Assembly: GCF_036321535.1 (NCBI RefSeq)
Contig: NC_087447.1
Span: forward strand, 47,060,001 to 47,124,000
Length of the DNA stretch: 64,000 bases
DNA from: Camelus dromedarius
Taxonomy: Eukaryota
Direction: 5' to 3'
Made by a program: the position numbers and the translations under genes. Numbering within the stretch: the first letter of the stretch is position 1; each line of letters begins with the position of its first letter. Positions 1 through 9,780 of the stretch are shown here, piece by piece. Below the pieces are notes generated by a model, which made no database searches, had not been told where the DNA came from, and worked only from the letters and a program-made list of their open reading frames with translations.

Positions 1-111
1 AGCAGTTCCTGACCTTCTTGTCCCACCGAGGCGAGGAGACAGGCAACATCCGTGGCTCCATGAAGGTGCGGGTGCCCACAGAGCGCCTGGGCACCCGTGA
101 GCGACTCTACG
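1..111 (+). CDS. INPPL1: INPPL1 (SHIP2 inositol 5-phosphatase) coding exon, 5'-truncated by the window edge
   Basis: Reads QFLTFLSHRGEETGNIRGSMKVRVPTERLGTRERLY, matching SHIP2 downstream of the phosphatase domain; donor G|GTGGGG at 111/112. Confidence 0.93.
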
Positions 112-347
112 GTGGGGGCTCCATTGGGAGGGATGTGGGGCATGAGATGGGGTGGTGTGGGCAGGCCTGGGGGTGTGGGGGTGCTGGGAGGGCATGTTGG
201 AATCCTGGGAATATTTGGAAGTTCTGCGGCAGGGCTGAGAATGGGTTTGCCCTGAGGAGTAGCTGGGAGGGGGCTAGCAGGCCCAGTGGGTGTCTGGGAT
301 GCAGTACCCCAGGTCCCCTCTGAGTCTCCTTTCCCTTCCTGCCCCAG

Positions 348-426
348 AGTGGATCAGTATTGATAAGGATGAGACAGGAGCAAAGAGCAAAGCCCCCTCT
401 GTGTCCCGAAGCAGCCAGGAGCCCAG
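348..426 (+). CDS. INPPL1: INPPL1 coding exon
   Basis: Pyrimidine tract + CAG| acceptor; (E)WISIDKDETGAKSKAPSVSRSSQEP(R); donor AG|GTGAGC; phase-consistent with neighbours. Confidence 0.92.
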
Positions 427-520
427 GTGAGCTGGGGCTGTGTTGGGTGTCACGTGAAGGGGTGCTGGGGCTTTTGGTCAGCTCCTACTTGATCTCTCCT
501 CCCTTGTGCACGCCTGACAG

Positions 521-661
521 GTCAGGGAGCCGCAAGCCAGCTGCTGCAGAGGCCTCCTGCCCACTGTCCAAGTTATTTGAAGAACCAGAGAAACCACCAC
601 CAACTGGGAGGCCCCCAGCCCCACCTCGAGCTGCTCCCCGGGAGGAGCCTTTGACCCCCAG
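521..661 (+). CDS. INPPL1: INPPL1 coding exon (start of proline-rich region)
   Basis: GACAG| acceptor; SGSRKPAAAEASCPLSKLFEEPEKPPPTGRPPAPPRAAPREEPLTP(R); donor AG|GTGAGA. Confidence 0.93.
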
Positions 662-1229
662 GTGAGAAGGAAATTGTCATCCTCTGATTTATCCATTGCC
701 GTGCATGGCTCTCAGGGCCAGCCTAGGGATCGTCTGCCACTTGGGCACTCTGCTGCCATATGGCCAGAGGTGCCAGGGCCCTATGCCCATGGCCACTCTG
801 GCCAGCCAGGCCCCCTGTAGGTGTGGCTCTCTGAGTCAAAGGGAACACACTCAGCCTTTCCTCTCAATTCTGCCTTAAAAAATAGGATTAGAAATTGTTT
901 CTGCAACAGCTCCCTCCACGTAAGCAGACTTAACTTGGGCCTTCTGTTTGGAGAAGGCCCGTGCCTCAGCACAGATTTCCCTGGGGGCGACCCATGAAAC
1001 GGTGTCCTACAAGATGCCCCTCTGGAAACGGGTTTGTGGTCAAATGAGTTTGGGAAATGGTCCTTGCTAGATTCTTTTCTTAGATATTCCCAGTGCACAG
1101 TGATACCAGCAAAAGCTCTGAGCATGTGGACAGGAAGGAAATCCTTTTTCAGCTCTGTTGAATATAGCTTCCCAAACTTAATGGGCCAGGAAACTTCCAC
1201 ATAATCACTGTTAATATCCTGGGGAACTA

Positions 1230-1440
1230 CAGTTGACCCTTGAACGTGGCAGGGGTTTGGGGTGTATATCTTATAGTCAGCCCTCCACATCCCTGGTTCC
1301 TCCTTATCCGAGGTTCCACATCTGTGGATTCAACCACGTGGCTCATAGATCTTATAATACTTATAGTGTTTACTATTGGAAAAAATCCAAGTGTAAATGG
1401 ACTTGTGCAGTTCAAACCTGTGTTGTTCAAGGGTCAACTA
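1230..1440. mobile_element. TcMar-Tigger (Tigger2-like) non-autonomous DNA transposon in an INPPL1 intron
   Basis: Terminal inverted repeats CAGTTGACCCTTGAAC ... GTTCAAGGGTCAACTA, flanked by TA at 1228-1229 and 1441-1442. Confidence 0.88.
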
Positions 1441-1997
1441 TACTGTTCTGTGGATCCTACTTTGGGAAAGTGAGGCTTGCTTTTTAATTATAGCCAATTG
1501 TCACTTGAACGCAAATAAAAACCCCTAGGTACAGTTTGGTTTTCAACCATCTTCAGCTGTTATCAGTCTCCTTAGTTTTATCCCCAGGCTTGAGTAAAAC
1601 TGACTTGAATATATGAGTAAGATTCCCCAGTAGATTGGCCTCAGATGCCTCCAGGGGCTTTCCAAATTTGGCAGGTCATTCTCATTAAAGGCTCTTTTTA
1701 CCCTGCCTTCTGGTACCTGTTTTCACCCATTTATTCTCAACTTTCACAGTTTACAAAGTCTTTCAGTGAGTGAGGCAAGGAAGTTTAGGGGTTATTCATC
1801 CAACTCCTCTGCATCCCCAGTTGGAGAGATGAGGACACCAAGGACCAGAGAGGGAAAGGGATGTGCTCAAGGTACATGCAGGTCTAGGATCAAGGGCCCT
1901 TATCTCCTGTCCCAGTCCAATTCTCCCTCCACTGTACGCACTGCCTTCCCTTTAGTGTTTCTGGGTCCTGATTTAGTTATCCTGCTCCCAAACCCAG

Positions 1998-2670
1998 GTT
2001 GAAGCCAGAGGGGGCTCCAGAGCTGGAAGGGGTGGCAGCCCCCCCACCCAAGAACAGCTTCAATAACCCTGCCTACTACGTCCTTGAAGGGGTCCCACAC
2101 CAGCTGCTGCCCCCGGAACCACCCTCGCCTGCCAGGGCCCCTGTCCCACCTGCTACCAAGAACAAAGTGGCCATCACAGTGCCTGCTCCACAGCTTGGGC
2201 GCCACCGGCCATCCCGTGTGGGAGAGGGGAGCTCATCTGATGAGGAGTCGGGGGGCACACTGCCCCCTCCAGACTTTCCACCCCCACCACTGCCGGATTC
2301 AGCCATCTTCCTGCCCCCCAGCGTGGATTCTTTGCCAGGGCCAGTGGTCCGGGGCCGCAGTGGAGGCGAGACCCGTGGCCCACCACCTCCCAAGGCCCAT
2401 CCAAGGCCCCCACTGCCCCCAGGCCCCTCACCCACCAGCACTTTCCTGGGGGAGGTAGCCAGTGGGGATGATCGCTCCTGCTCAGTGCTACAGATGGCCA
2501 AGACACTGAGTGAGGTGGACTATGCTCCCACTGGGCCTGGCCGCTCTGTGCTCCTGCCCGGCTCCCTGGAGCTGCAGCCCCCCAGGGGACTGCCCTCCGA
2601 CTATGGCCGGCCTCTCAGCTTCCCTCCACCTCGCATCCGAGAGAGCATCCAGGAGGACCTGGCAGAGGAG
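1998..2670 (+). CDS. INPPL1: INPPL1 large proline-rich exon with NPAYY (NPxY) motif
   Basis: CCCAG| acceptor; LKPEGAPE...KNSFNNPAYYVLEGV...LPPPDFPPPPLPDS...IRESIQEDLAEE; donor GAG|GTGTGT. Confidence 0.96.
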
Positions 2671-2923
2671 GTGTGTGGACCATGGGTGGCTGTCTGGGTG
2701 TGCTTACCCATGAACTGTGGTGTCCTTCTACTTCACGATTCAGTACTCAGTGGTGTCCCTTCTGCTGTGAGCTGGGCACAGGAGAGTTGGGGATCACATG
2801 AATCAGCCCAGCTCCTTGCCTCTCTCCCCACTCCAGAGCATGTGGTAGAATGTGGCTGTCTGCAGGTCCTTCTGTGTGTGTGGGTACCGTTAATTCTCCC
2901 CCTGACATGCCCTCTTCCCTTAG

Positions 2924-3057
2924 GGTCCGTGCCCGCAGGGCGGGCGGGCCGGCGGGCTGGGTGAGGCAGGCATGGGCGCCTGGCTGCGGGCCATCGGCTT
3001 GGAGCGCTATGAGGAGGGCCTGGTGCACAATGGCTGGGACGACCTGGAGTTTCTCAG
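2924..3057 (+). CDS. INPPL1: INPPL1 exon, N-terminal part of SAM domain
   Basis: CTTAG| acceptor; GPCPQGGRAGGLGEAGMGAWLRAIGLERYEEGLVHNGWDDLEFL; donor AG|GTGGGA. Confidence 0.95.
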
Positions 3058-3168
3058 GTGGGAGCGGGGCTGGTGGTGGAGGGGGTGGGGTTGGAGCTGG
3101 CCTTGTGGGCGGAGCTACGGGCCCTCTGGACCGCCTCGCCCTTCTCCCAGCCTCTCTTACCCCTACAG

Positions 3169-3259
3169 CGACATCACCGAGGAAGATCTGGAGGAAGCTG
3201 GTGTGCAGGATCCGGCTCACAAGCGCCTCCTTCTGGACACCCTGCAGCTTAGCAAGTGA
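3169..3259 (+). CDS. INPPL1: INPPL1 terminal coding exon, C-terminal part of SAM domain
   Basis: TACAG| acceptor; (S)DITEEDLEEAGVQDPAHKRLLLDTLQLSK then TGA at 3257-3259. Confidence 0.96.
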
Positions 3260-3960
3260 TAGCGGTGGCACTGCGAAGCTGGGAACTCCACTCCCCAACC
3301 CCACCTTGAAAGCCCAGCCAGAGCTCCGGAGTTGAAAAGTTATGAGGGGCGGGGCAGTACCTCTCTGCCTATTTATTGGGGATCTGCGTTCCCTACTGCC
3401 CAATCATTTGGAGTGCCCTAATTAGGACATCCTGCCTCTCACCTGTTACAGCCGGGGCTCCGGAGGTCAGTTGCCATGGTTACCGAGGACCTTGGTTATT
3501 CCGGTGCTGTCTTCCCTTTCGGACCTTCTCCAGCCCCAGGTGGGGCGTGAGGTCCATATGGGTCCGTCTGGGCCCCTACTTTCACCGCTGTTCCTGCTGC
3601 CTTCCACACAGCCTGAACCACAGTGAGAGGGGCTCTTCTAGGACCTCTCCCAATCCCCATTCTGGGGGTGTCCATCCGTAAATGAAGGAAGCCCAAGGTC
3701 AGGGCTGGGATTTATTTAAGCTTGTCTGTGTGGGTTTAGGGAGGGCAGGCACTTTAACATTATTGGGGCCGGTTGGGGTCGGGGGAAGGATCTCGGCAGT
3801 ATAGATCCAGTTTGCTTAGTTCTGTCTCCTGGTCTGTACCACCCTGCGCTGTGGCTGTGTGGCAGCCATGGGTTCCTCGCTGGTCGCAAGTGGAACCAAG
3901 CTCTTGCAGGCAGCCTATCCCCATCCTGGGTACTCAGAGGGTTGCTGGCGTGATGTCTTC

Positions 3961-3966
3961 AATAAA
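3961..3966 (+). terminator. INPPL1: INPPL1 polyadenylation signal AATAAA (second AATAAA at 4001-4006)
   Basis: First AATAAA I can find downstream of the stop codon, followed by a T-rich element. Confidence 0.75.
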
Positions 3967-3972
3967 TTAAGT

Positions 3973-3978
3973 TTTATT
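3973..3978 (-). terminator. PHOX2A: PHOX2A polyadenylation signal (AATAAA on - strand)
   Basis: TTTATT on + strand about 680 nt past the PHOX2A stop codon. Confidence 0.72.
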
Positions 3979-4652
3979 TGGATTGAGCAAAACTCACCTC
4001 AATAAATTACAAGTGTTTCAAAAGCAAAGAACAACAAAAAATCAGGAAAGAGGGAAAATCTGTCCCGTTGCTCTGACAGACCCTCCCTCGTCTAACGGGC
4101 CTACCCTTTGTGCCAGACTGGCTGGGGATGCGAGGGGACGAGGTTCAAGTTGGCAGCGGGACTCTTCAGGCCGCTCATTATCCCAATGACGGCCAGCCTT
4201 TGCAGGGGCGGTATCAGGGCCGGTGGGCCCGAGGGGTGGGGCCCAAGTGGGCTGGTCACCAAGGTGAGGAGTGACTCAACCAGCTGCAGAGCTGGGGAGG
4301 AAGCCGGGCTGTTTCTCCTTGAGGCTCCTCACGTTTGCCCACTGTGGTAGGGACAGGTGTTATTTGATCCCGGTTCCAAAGAAAGCCAAGCTAGAAGGTG
4401 CTCGGGCTCTGCTGGAGGGCGTCCCAGTGAAAAGTAAAAGTAGCCCGCTCTTCTGTGTGGGAATGGGTGAGGACGAGAGTGACCCTGCCTTGGTCTCTAA
4501 AGGTGGGGAGGGCACATGTAGGGGTCAGACTCGGTGGGGAAACTGGACAGAGGGAGACATCAGGCAGGCGGCCGGGATGGGGAGGGTCTCTCAGGTCCTG
4601 GAGGGGCAGGGGCGTCTCTGGCCGCAGGCCCGGAGCCTCCAGAGGCCGGCGG

Positions 4653-5102
4653 CTAGAAGAGATTGGTCTTCAGGGCGGGACCAGGTTTCCGGTGAAAGGA
4701 GGACAGAACCCCTGAGAAGGGGCCGGGCCCGGGTTCCGCCGGCTGCCAGGCCTTAAGCAGCTCCGCAGCGCCCGCGCCCGGCCCGCCGCCCCCACCGCCC
4801 GCCACGCCAGCCCACAACGGGCCCTTGAGCGGCTGTGGCCCTGGCCCGGGTCCGGGCCCAGAGCCCAGGGCGGCGGGCAGCGGGCTGGGGCTCAGGCGCG
4901 GGCTGGCCAGGCCGGGCGCGGGCGGTGGCGGCAGCGACGCGGTGCTGTCGGGCGTGGGGCTGCACGTGGACTCTTTGGAGTCGTCATCCTCGGACGAGCA
5001 GCGCGCCTCACCCTTTTTGGCGCCCGCCGCGCCCGCCGCACCCTTGGCGCTGGCCGCGCGCTCCTGTTTTCGGAACTTGGCCCGGCGATTCTGGAACCAG
5101 AC
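4653..5102 (-). CDS. PHOX2A: PHOX2A exon 3 (end of homeodomain and Pro/Gly-rich C-terminus)
   Basis: CGCAG| acceptor; [21 protein letters not shown]...[11 protein letters not shown]; 450 nt. Confidence 0.97.
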   Translation of the reverse strand, partial: VWFQNRRAKFRKQERAASAKGAAGAAGAKKGEARCSSEDDDSKESTCSPTPDSTASLPPPPAPGLASPRLSPSPLPAALGSGPGPGPGPQPLKGPLWAGVAGGGGGGPGAGAAELLKAWQPAEPGPGPFSGVLSSFHRKPGPALKTNLF

Positions 5103-6031
5103 CTGCGGGCACATCGGCCGGTCAGTCCCGGGTCGAAAAGGCGTGGGTGAGACCTCCATCCGGAAGGGACGGTTGAAGGGATCTGGATTATTACCAGCCT
5201 TCGGAGCCTTGGCCCCTCGCCATCCACCACTCTGCTCGTTGCCCTCGTCTCTCCGCTTCCATCCTCTCCTCCACTTGCCCCATTCTCTAGGTCCTTAGGG
5301 CCTTCCCCTTGGGATCTGCTCACCCGCGGACCCTGCCGCCTCCTAGTGTTCTCGGTCTCCCGGAGGGGACTCCGCCTTTGCCCTCCTTATCACCCAAAGC
5401 TCTCTCTCCCCAGTTCGCTCCTACAAGAGGCTCTGGGAGTACCCTCTGGAGTGTCCCGTGGCAGTGAAGAGCCAGCTAGGGCACTCGGGAAACCTTTTGT
5501 TCAAGGTCTCCATTAAAGGCGCGCCAGCTGAACATCTATACTCAGATTCGTAAGATAGACAAAAGTCCACCCTGGCCCAGCTCCTGCGCCTGTCCTGAGC
5601 CCGGGCTTTCCAGGCTCAGAGGTGTCACAACTGCAGAGCTGGGGAGGGGACCCGGAGGCACTGATTGGCCTCGTTTGGCCTGAGGACACCTGGAGCGGCC
5701 CCTCTACCCACTCGGTCTCCGTCCGGGCTTCCCAAGCATCACTGAGTGCTCAGCCCTATGCAGGAGACTGAGGGGAAATCATGAGGCTGAACAGCTAAGT
5801 TCTTTTGAGAGCCTCAGGTCTGCCAAGTCCTGTTTCCACAGCCTCCCCGGGCTACATGTCCTCTTCTGCCCAACCACCCCAGGACTGCGCTCTGGCCCCT
5901 GGCTCTACCTCTGCCTCCAGGCTGCACCTCCCCGTCACCCGAGTGAGGCCCCTCTGCCCTGCGGACCTCTAGGTGTCGGGCACTAACTTCCCGCCCCTTC
6001 TCCGCGCGCACACATTCCCGCAAACACGCAC

Positions 6032-6219
6032 CTGCACGCGAGCCTCAGTGAGGTCGATCTTGAGCGCCAGCTCTTCGCGCGTGTAAATGTCGGGGTAGTG
6101 GGTCTCGGCAAAGACGCGCTCCAGCTCCTTCAGCTGCGCGCTGGTGAACGTGGTGCGGATGCGCCGCTGCTTGCGCTTCTCGTGCAGGCCCGATGGCTCC
6201 GGGAAGAACTTGTAGGGCA
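6032..6219 (-). CDS. PHOX2A: PHOX2A exon 2 (paired-like homeodomain)
   Basis: CGTAG| acceptor; (V)[62 protein letters not shown]; donor CAG|GTGCGT; 188 nt. Confidence 0.97.
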
Positions 6220-8417
6220 CTACGGGTGCGTGCGGAAGGGCGGGGGAATCAACGAAGGTGGGGGCATGAGGAACCGAGCCTAGCCTGCTGCGTTCTGCTC
6301 CTGAGGGATCGCTCAACGCCCCCCGCCCCTGCCCTGGCCCCTCGGCTTGGACCTCTCAGTCCTGGATGGAACGTCTTCCCTATCGCTGAAGTGGGCAGGG
6401 GTGAAGGCAGACAGCGAGCAGGAAGTCCTGGAGCCCAAGGGCCGCAGCGAGGGAACCAGAATGTGATCCTCGCGTCAAGACAACTGACCTGTCGTTGGCC
6501 CTCCGATGTGTTCCCTCCACCTCCGACCAGTCTATCCGCCCTTATGACCCTCCCCTGGGTGTGTCTCTCCCTCAGTCAGTCTGCCTGCTTGACTTAAGGT
6601 CCTGCTCTGTCCATCCTAACGCTGTCTGTCTGTCAGGTTTCATCAGCATCCTGGCTCTACCCAGTAACCAGCCCTGGACTTCACCTAGGCAACTGAGATT
6701 CACGACTCACCTGCCTGGGTCAGCTTTCAGCCCTGCCACAGACTGTCTGCCGTGTAAAAATTTGGCCCGCTCTACCCCGCACCCAACTCCTTCCCAGGCC
6801 TCATTTCCTCAGCCCCATCTCACATCCCATCCTCCTCCAGGTGTCCCCCCCTCCCCTTCCTCACCTCTCTCCAACTGCATCTATCTGCAGCTTTCCCCCT
6901 CTGGACCATTCGTCTCTTTGTGCCCATTGAGAAGGGTTCTTATTTCTCCCCTCCCAGGTTTCTACATCGTGTTTTGCCCTTCTCCCTGCCAGTCACCTCT
7001 CTCTCTGTCCCAACTCCTTCAAAGCCAGTCGCACTCTTTCCCTTCCCTGTCTTCCCATCCCTGACTCCCATCTACAGTCCCTACTGCCCCACAGACAGTG
7101 TTTCTGTCACCATCTCCCCATGGGAGGGCTTCTAGCCCCTGTTTAGGTCTCCATATTCTCCAAGCATCCCTGATATCCTTCATCTTTTTCATATCTCACT
7201 AGTTCTCTATCTTCCCTAATCCTTGTCTCTAATACCCCCATTCCTAGCCCCATCTTTCTTATCTCTGTTTTCAATCTTTCATGGTCCCCATCTCCCATAA
7301 TTCATCTTCCCACCACCTGGTTTTTATCTCCATCTCCCCAACCCTGGGATCCCATTTCTCCTAGGGTCCCCCATCTTCCCATCTCTGCTCATATCTCTCC
7401 GTATCTGTTCCCATCTCAGAACTCCATCTCTCTGGGGCCCATCTCCCCATTTCCTGTTTCTACCTCCACAGTCCTCATCTGCATATGCCCAGAGTACCCA
7501 TCCTTCCCATCCCTATTCCAGATTCTGACTCCATCTCTCTGGTTCTCATTTCTGCAAATCAAGGTCTCTCTCACCATCTCTCCCCACCCACAAGACCCCA
7601 ATCTTCTACTTGGGCCCAAGGGAGTCTCCCCAGGAAGGAAGGAGATAAGGAGTTTGGGTAGGGCAGCCTAGACTCTAATTGGAGAGATGGGGATGGCTAA
7701 AAGTCTCCATGAGGTTGAAGTTTCAGATGGGGACTTGGATCAAGGGGTTTGGGCATCGTATGGGGCTGCTTCTGGGTTTTGCAGTACTCCATCTATGAGA
7801 GTCTCCAGGGGGAATGAGGAGATAAAACTGGCTTAATGACCTGAGTACCCTTTTCTTCTGGCCACGTAATGGGTTTCAGTGGTGCAAGAGGGTTTGGGCA
7901 CAAGCAAGATGGGTCCAAAACCAGGCAGTGGGGGCCTGATGGTGCTGGGGCTCTAGGAAGGTTCCCAGATGGGCAGCTCAACTGCAGCAGGGATCCTCCT
8001 GGGGGTCGGGCGTGAAGTGGGGGCGATAAGGATGGGGAGTCTGACTGGACTGAGCTGGAAGCATCTTCCAAGGAAACAGGGGATGGAGAGGTTGAGTGGT
8101 CAGTCTTTGCAGGTGGGCAAGGGAGGGCCTGGTGAGGAGCCTATGACTGGACTAGGGATCTATTTCCTTGACCCAAAGAGCACGGGATAGGGATATGACA
8201 GTGGAAGAGGAATGGGAAGGAAGAGAGGGTGGAGCTCAACTCTGCCTAGGGAATTCCGTCTTACGGAGGGGCTGTGGGTCCCGCGGGGAGATGGAGGGTC
8301 TGGCTAGGGAAGGGATGGTGGCGGCCGTGGAGGACAGTCGCAATCACTTGCCGAGTAGGGCAAGGGCTGGGGGTGCTTTAGGATTTGGAGGGAGGGTTGG
8401 GCTGGGGCTGGGCTCAC

Positions 8418-8634
8418 CTGCCGAGTAGGGCGCGGGCTGGTGGTCGCGTAGAGCGCCAAGCGCGCAGTTGGAGGAGCCGAGCGCGGGGCAGGGAGGCCCG
8501 GCCGCGGGGAAGGCGGGCCGCAGGGGGCTGTATTGGAAGCCGCCGGGCTGGCTGCAGGCGCCGAAGTCGCCGTAGGCGGACGCCTCCATGGCCGCCACGC
8601 ACGAATCGTACGAATTGAGGTAGGAGTAGTCCAT
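8418..8634 (-). CDS. PHOX2A: PHOX2A exon 1 coding part
   Basis: [39 protein letters not shown]...HQPAPYSA; donor CAG|GTGAGC; 217+188+450 nt gives 284 aa plus stop. Confidence 0.97.
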
Positions 8635-8829
8635 CGGCCCGGGGGGCGGGGGCGGGGGCCGGGTCGGGCCGGGTGGGAGTCGGGTTCCTGGGCCGGGTAG
8701 GGGTCAAAATGGGGGTTGGAGCGCCAGGAGCCAAGGACCTGAAGCCGGCTGTCAGCGCCAGCGAGTCCGCCCGCCCCGTCGCGGCCGTACTCCGCCCGGG
8801 TACAACGCAAGTGCAGCCTAGCCCGGCCC

Positions 8830-8940
8830 GCGCGCCTTTTAACGCGCAGGACCCCGCAGAGGGGGCGGGGCGGGGCGAGCTCTTCGGGGGCGGGGCCTGG
8901 GCCGCCCAGGCCCCGCCCCCAGCCGCCCCCGACCCCGACT
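8830..8940 (-). promoter_or_regulatory. PHOX2A core promoter: TATA-like TTAAAAG and clustered GC boxes
   Basis: CTTTTAA at ~8836-8842 (TTAAAAG on -); several GGGGCGGGG / CCCCGCCCC Sp/KLF motifs at 8861-8930; inside a CpG island. Confidence 0.7.
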
Positions 8941-9269
8941 CCAAATGGTTGCCACCGTCTCTTACGCCTCCCGAGGTGCAGGGCGGGCTGCGCGGGGCCC
9001 CATCCTCTAGAGTCCCCATCCTGCCCCAGTCCGGACCAGACCTTCAGTCTCCGCGCATCTTGTCAGTCCAGAGGGTCCCGACCCCTTTCCCTGGCCTCCC
9101 CACCTGCGGCCCCGCATAAGGGAGGGAAGACAGGCCTGGCGGCTCTCCTGTGAAGAAGTTAATTCAATTCGTCCTGATAACCGAGTTATTCCGATCCAGC
9201 CCCTCTGCCCCGCCCCCAGCGAAGTACCATCCCGGCGGGGACCACGGAGGCGGCCCAGTAGCGGGGATG

Positions 9270-9780
9270 AAGACAAGGACGAGGAAGAGAAGGAGCCTGG
9301 GATGAAGACGTGGATGAAGAGAGGAGACAGAGACGGAGACAGGAAGAGGGACAGAAAAGTGATGGAGAAATATGGAGAAAGGGGCAAGAGAGATACAGGT
9401 ACACAGATGGAGACATGGATGAGAGAGATAGATTAGAGACCGGGGCAAGAGGGACACAGGAACAGAAATGGTGACAAAGGTGAAACATGTACAAGAGGAA
9501 GGCGGGGATGGAGATAGCATAGACAAAGGAAAGATAAGAGAGAGAGAGAGAGAGGGAGACAGAGAAAGTGTGTGAGGCAGGCATGGAGACAGAGAATTCA
9601 CAGGAATGAGACACGACTGAAAAAAGAATTGCAATGAGATCAAGAGAGATGAGACAAAACAAGGCAGTGATAGTGAGACAGACACACGCGGAGGATCAGT
9701 CTCAGAGAGACAAGGCCAGGGACAGACACAGTGGAGGAACAGAGGCTGAGGGGTGGAGAGAAAGAGCCGTTGGAGAGCTG
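9270..9780. repeat. GA-rich low-complexity tract with a (GA)n run upstream of PHOX2A
   Basis: Strongly purine-skewed + strand; (AG)n at ~9536-9554. Confidence 0.8.

Larger units (their letters stand above)
4560..6500. promoter_or_regulatory. Gene-body CpG-rich region over PHOX2A exons 2-3
   Basis: Dense CG dinucleotides at 4560-5350 and 5930-6500. Confidence 0.75.
8250..9270. promoter_or_regulatory. CpG island over PHOX2A promoter and exon 1
   Basis: Very GC-rich with visibly dense CG dinucleotides compared with flanks (not computed). Confidence 0.85.

Noticed and set aside
4753..9685. Many overlapping 100-200 aa ORFs on both strands around PHOX2A
   Set aside because: Expected from GC-rich or GA/CT low-complexity DNA poor in stop codons; no recognisable domains
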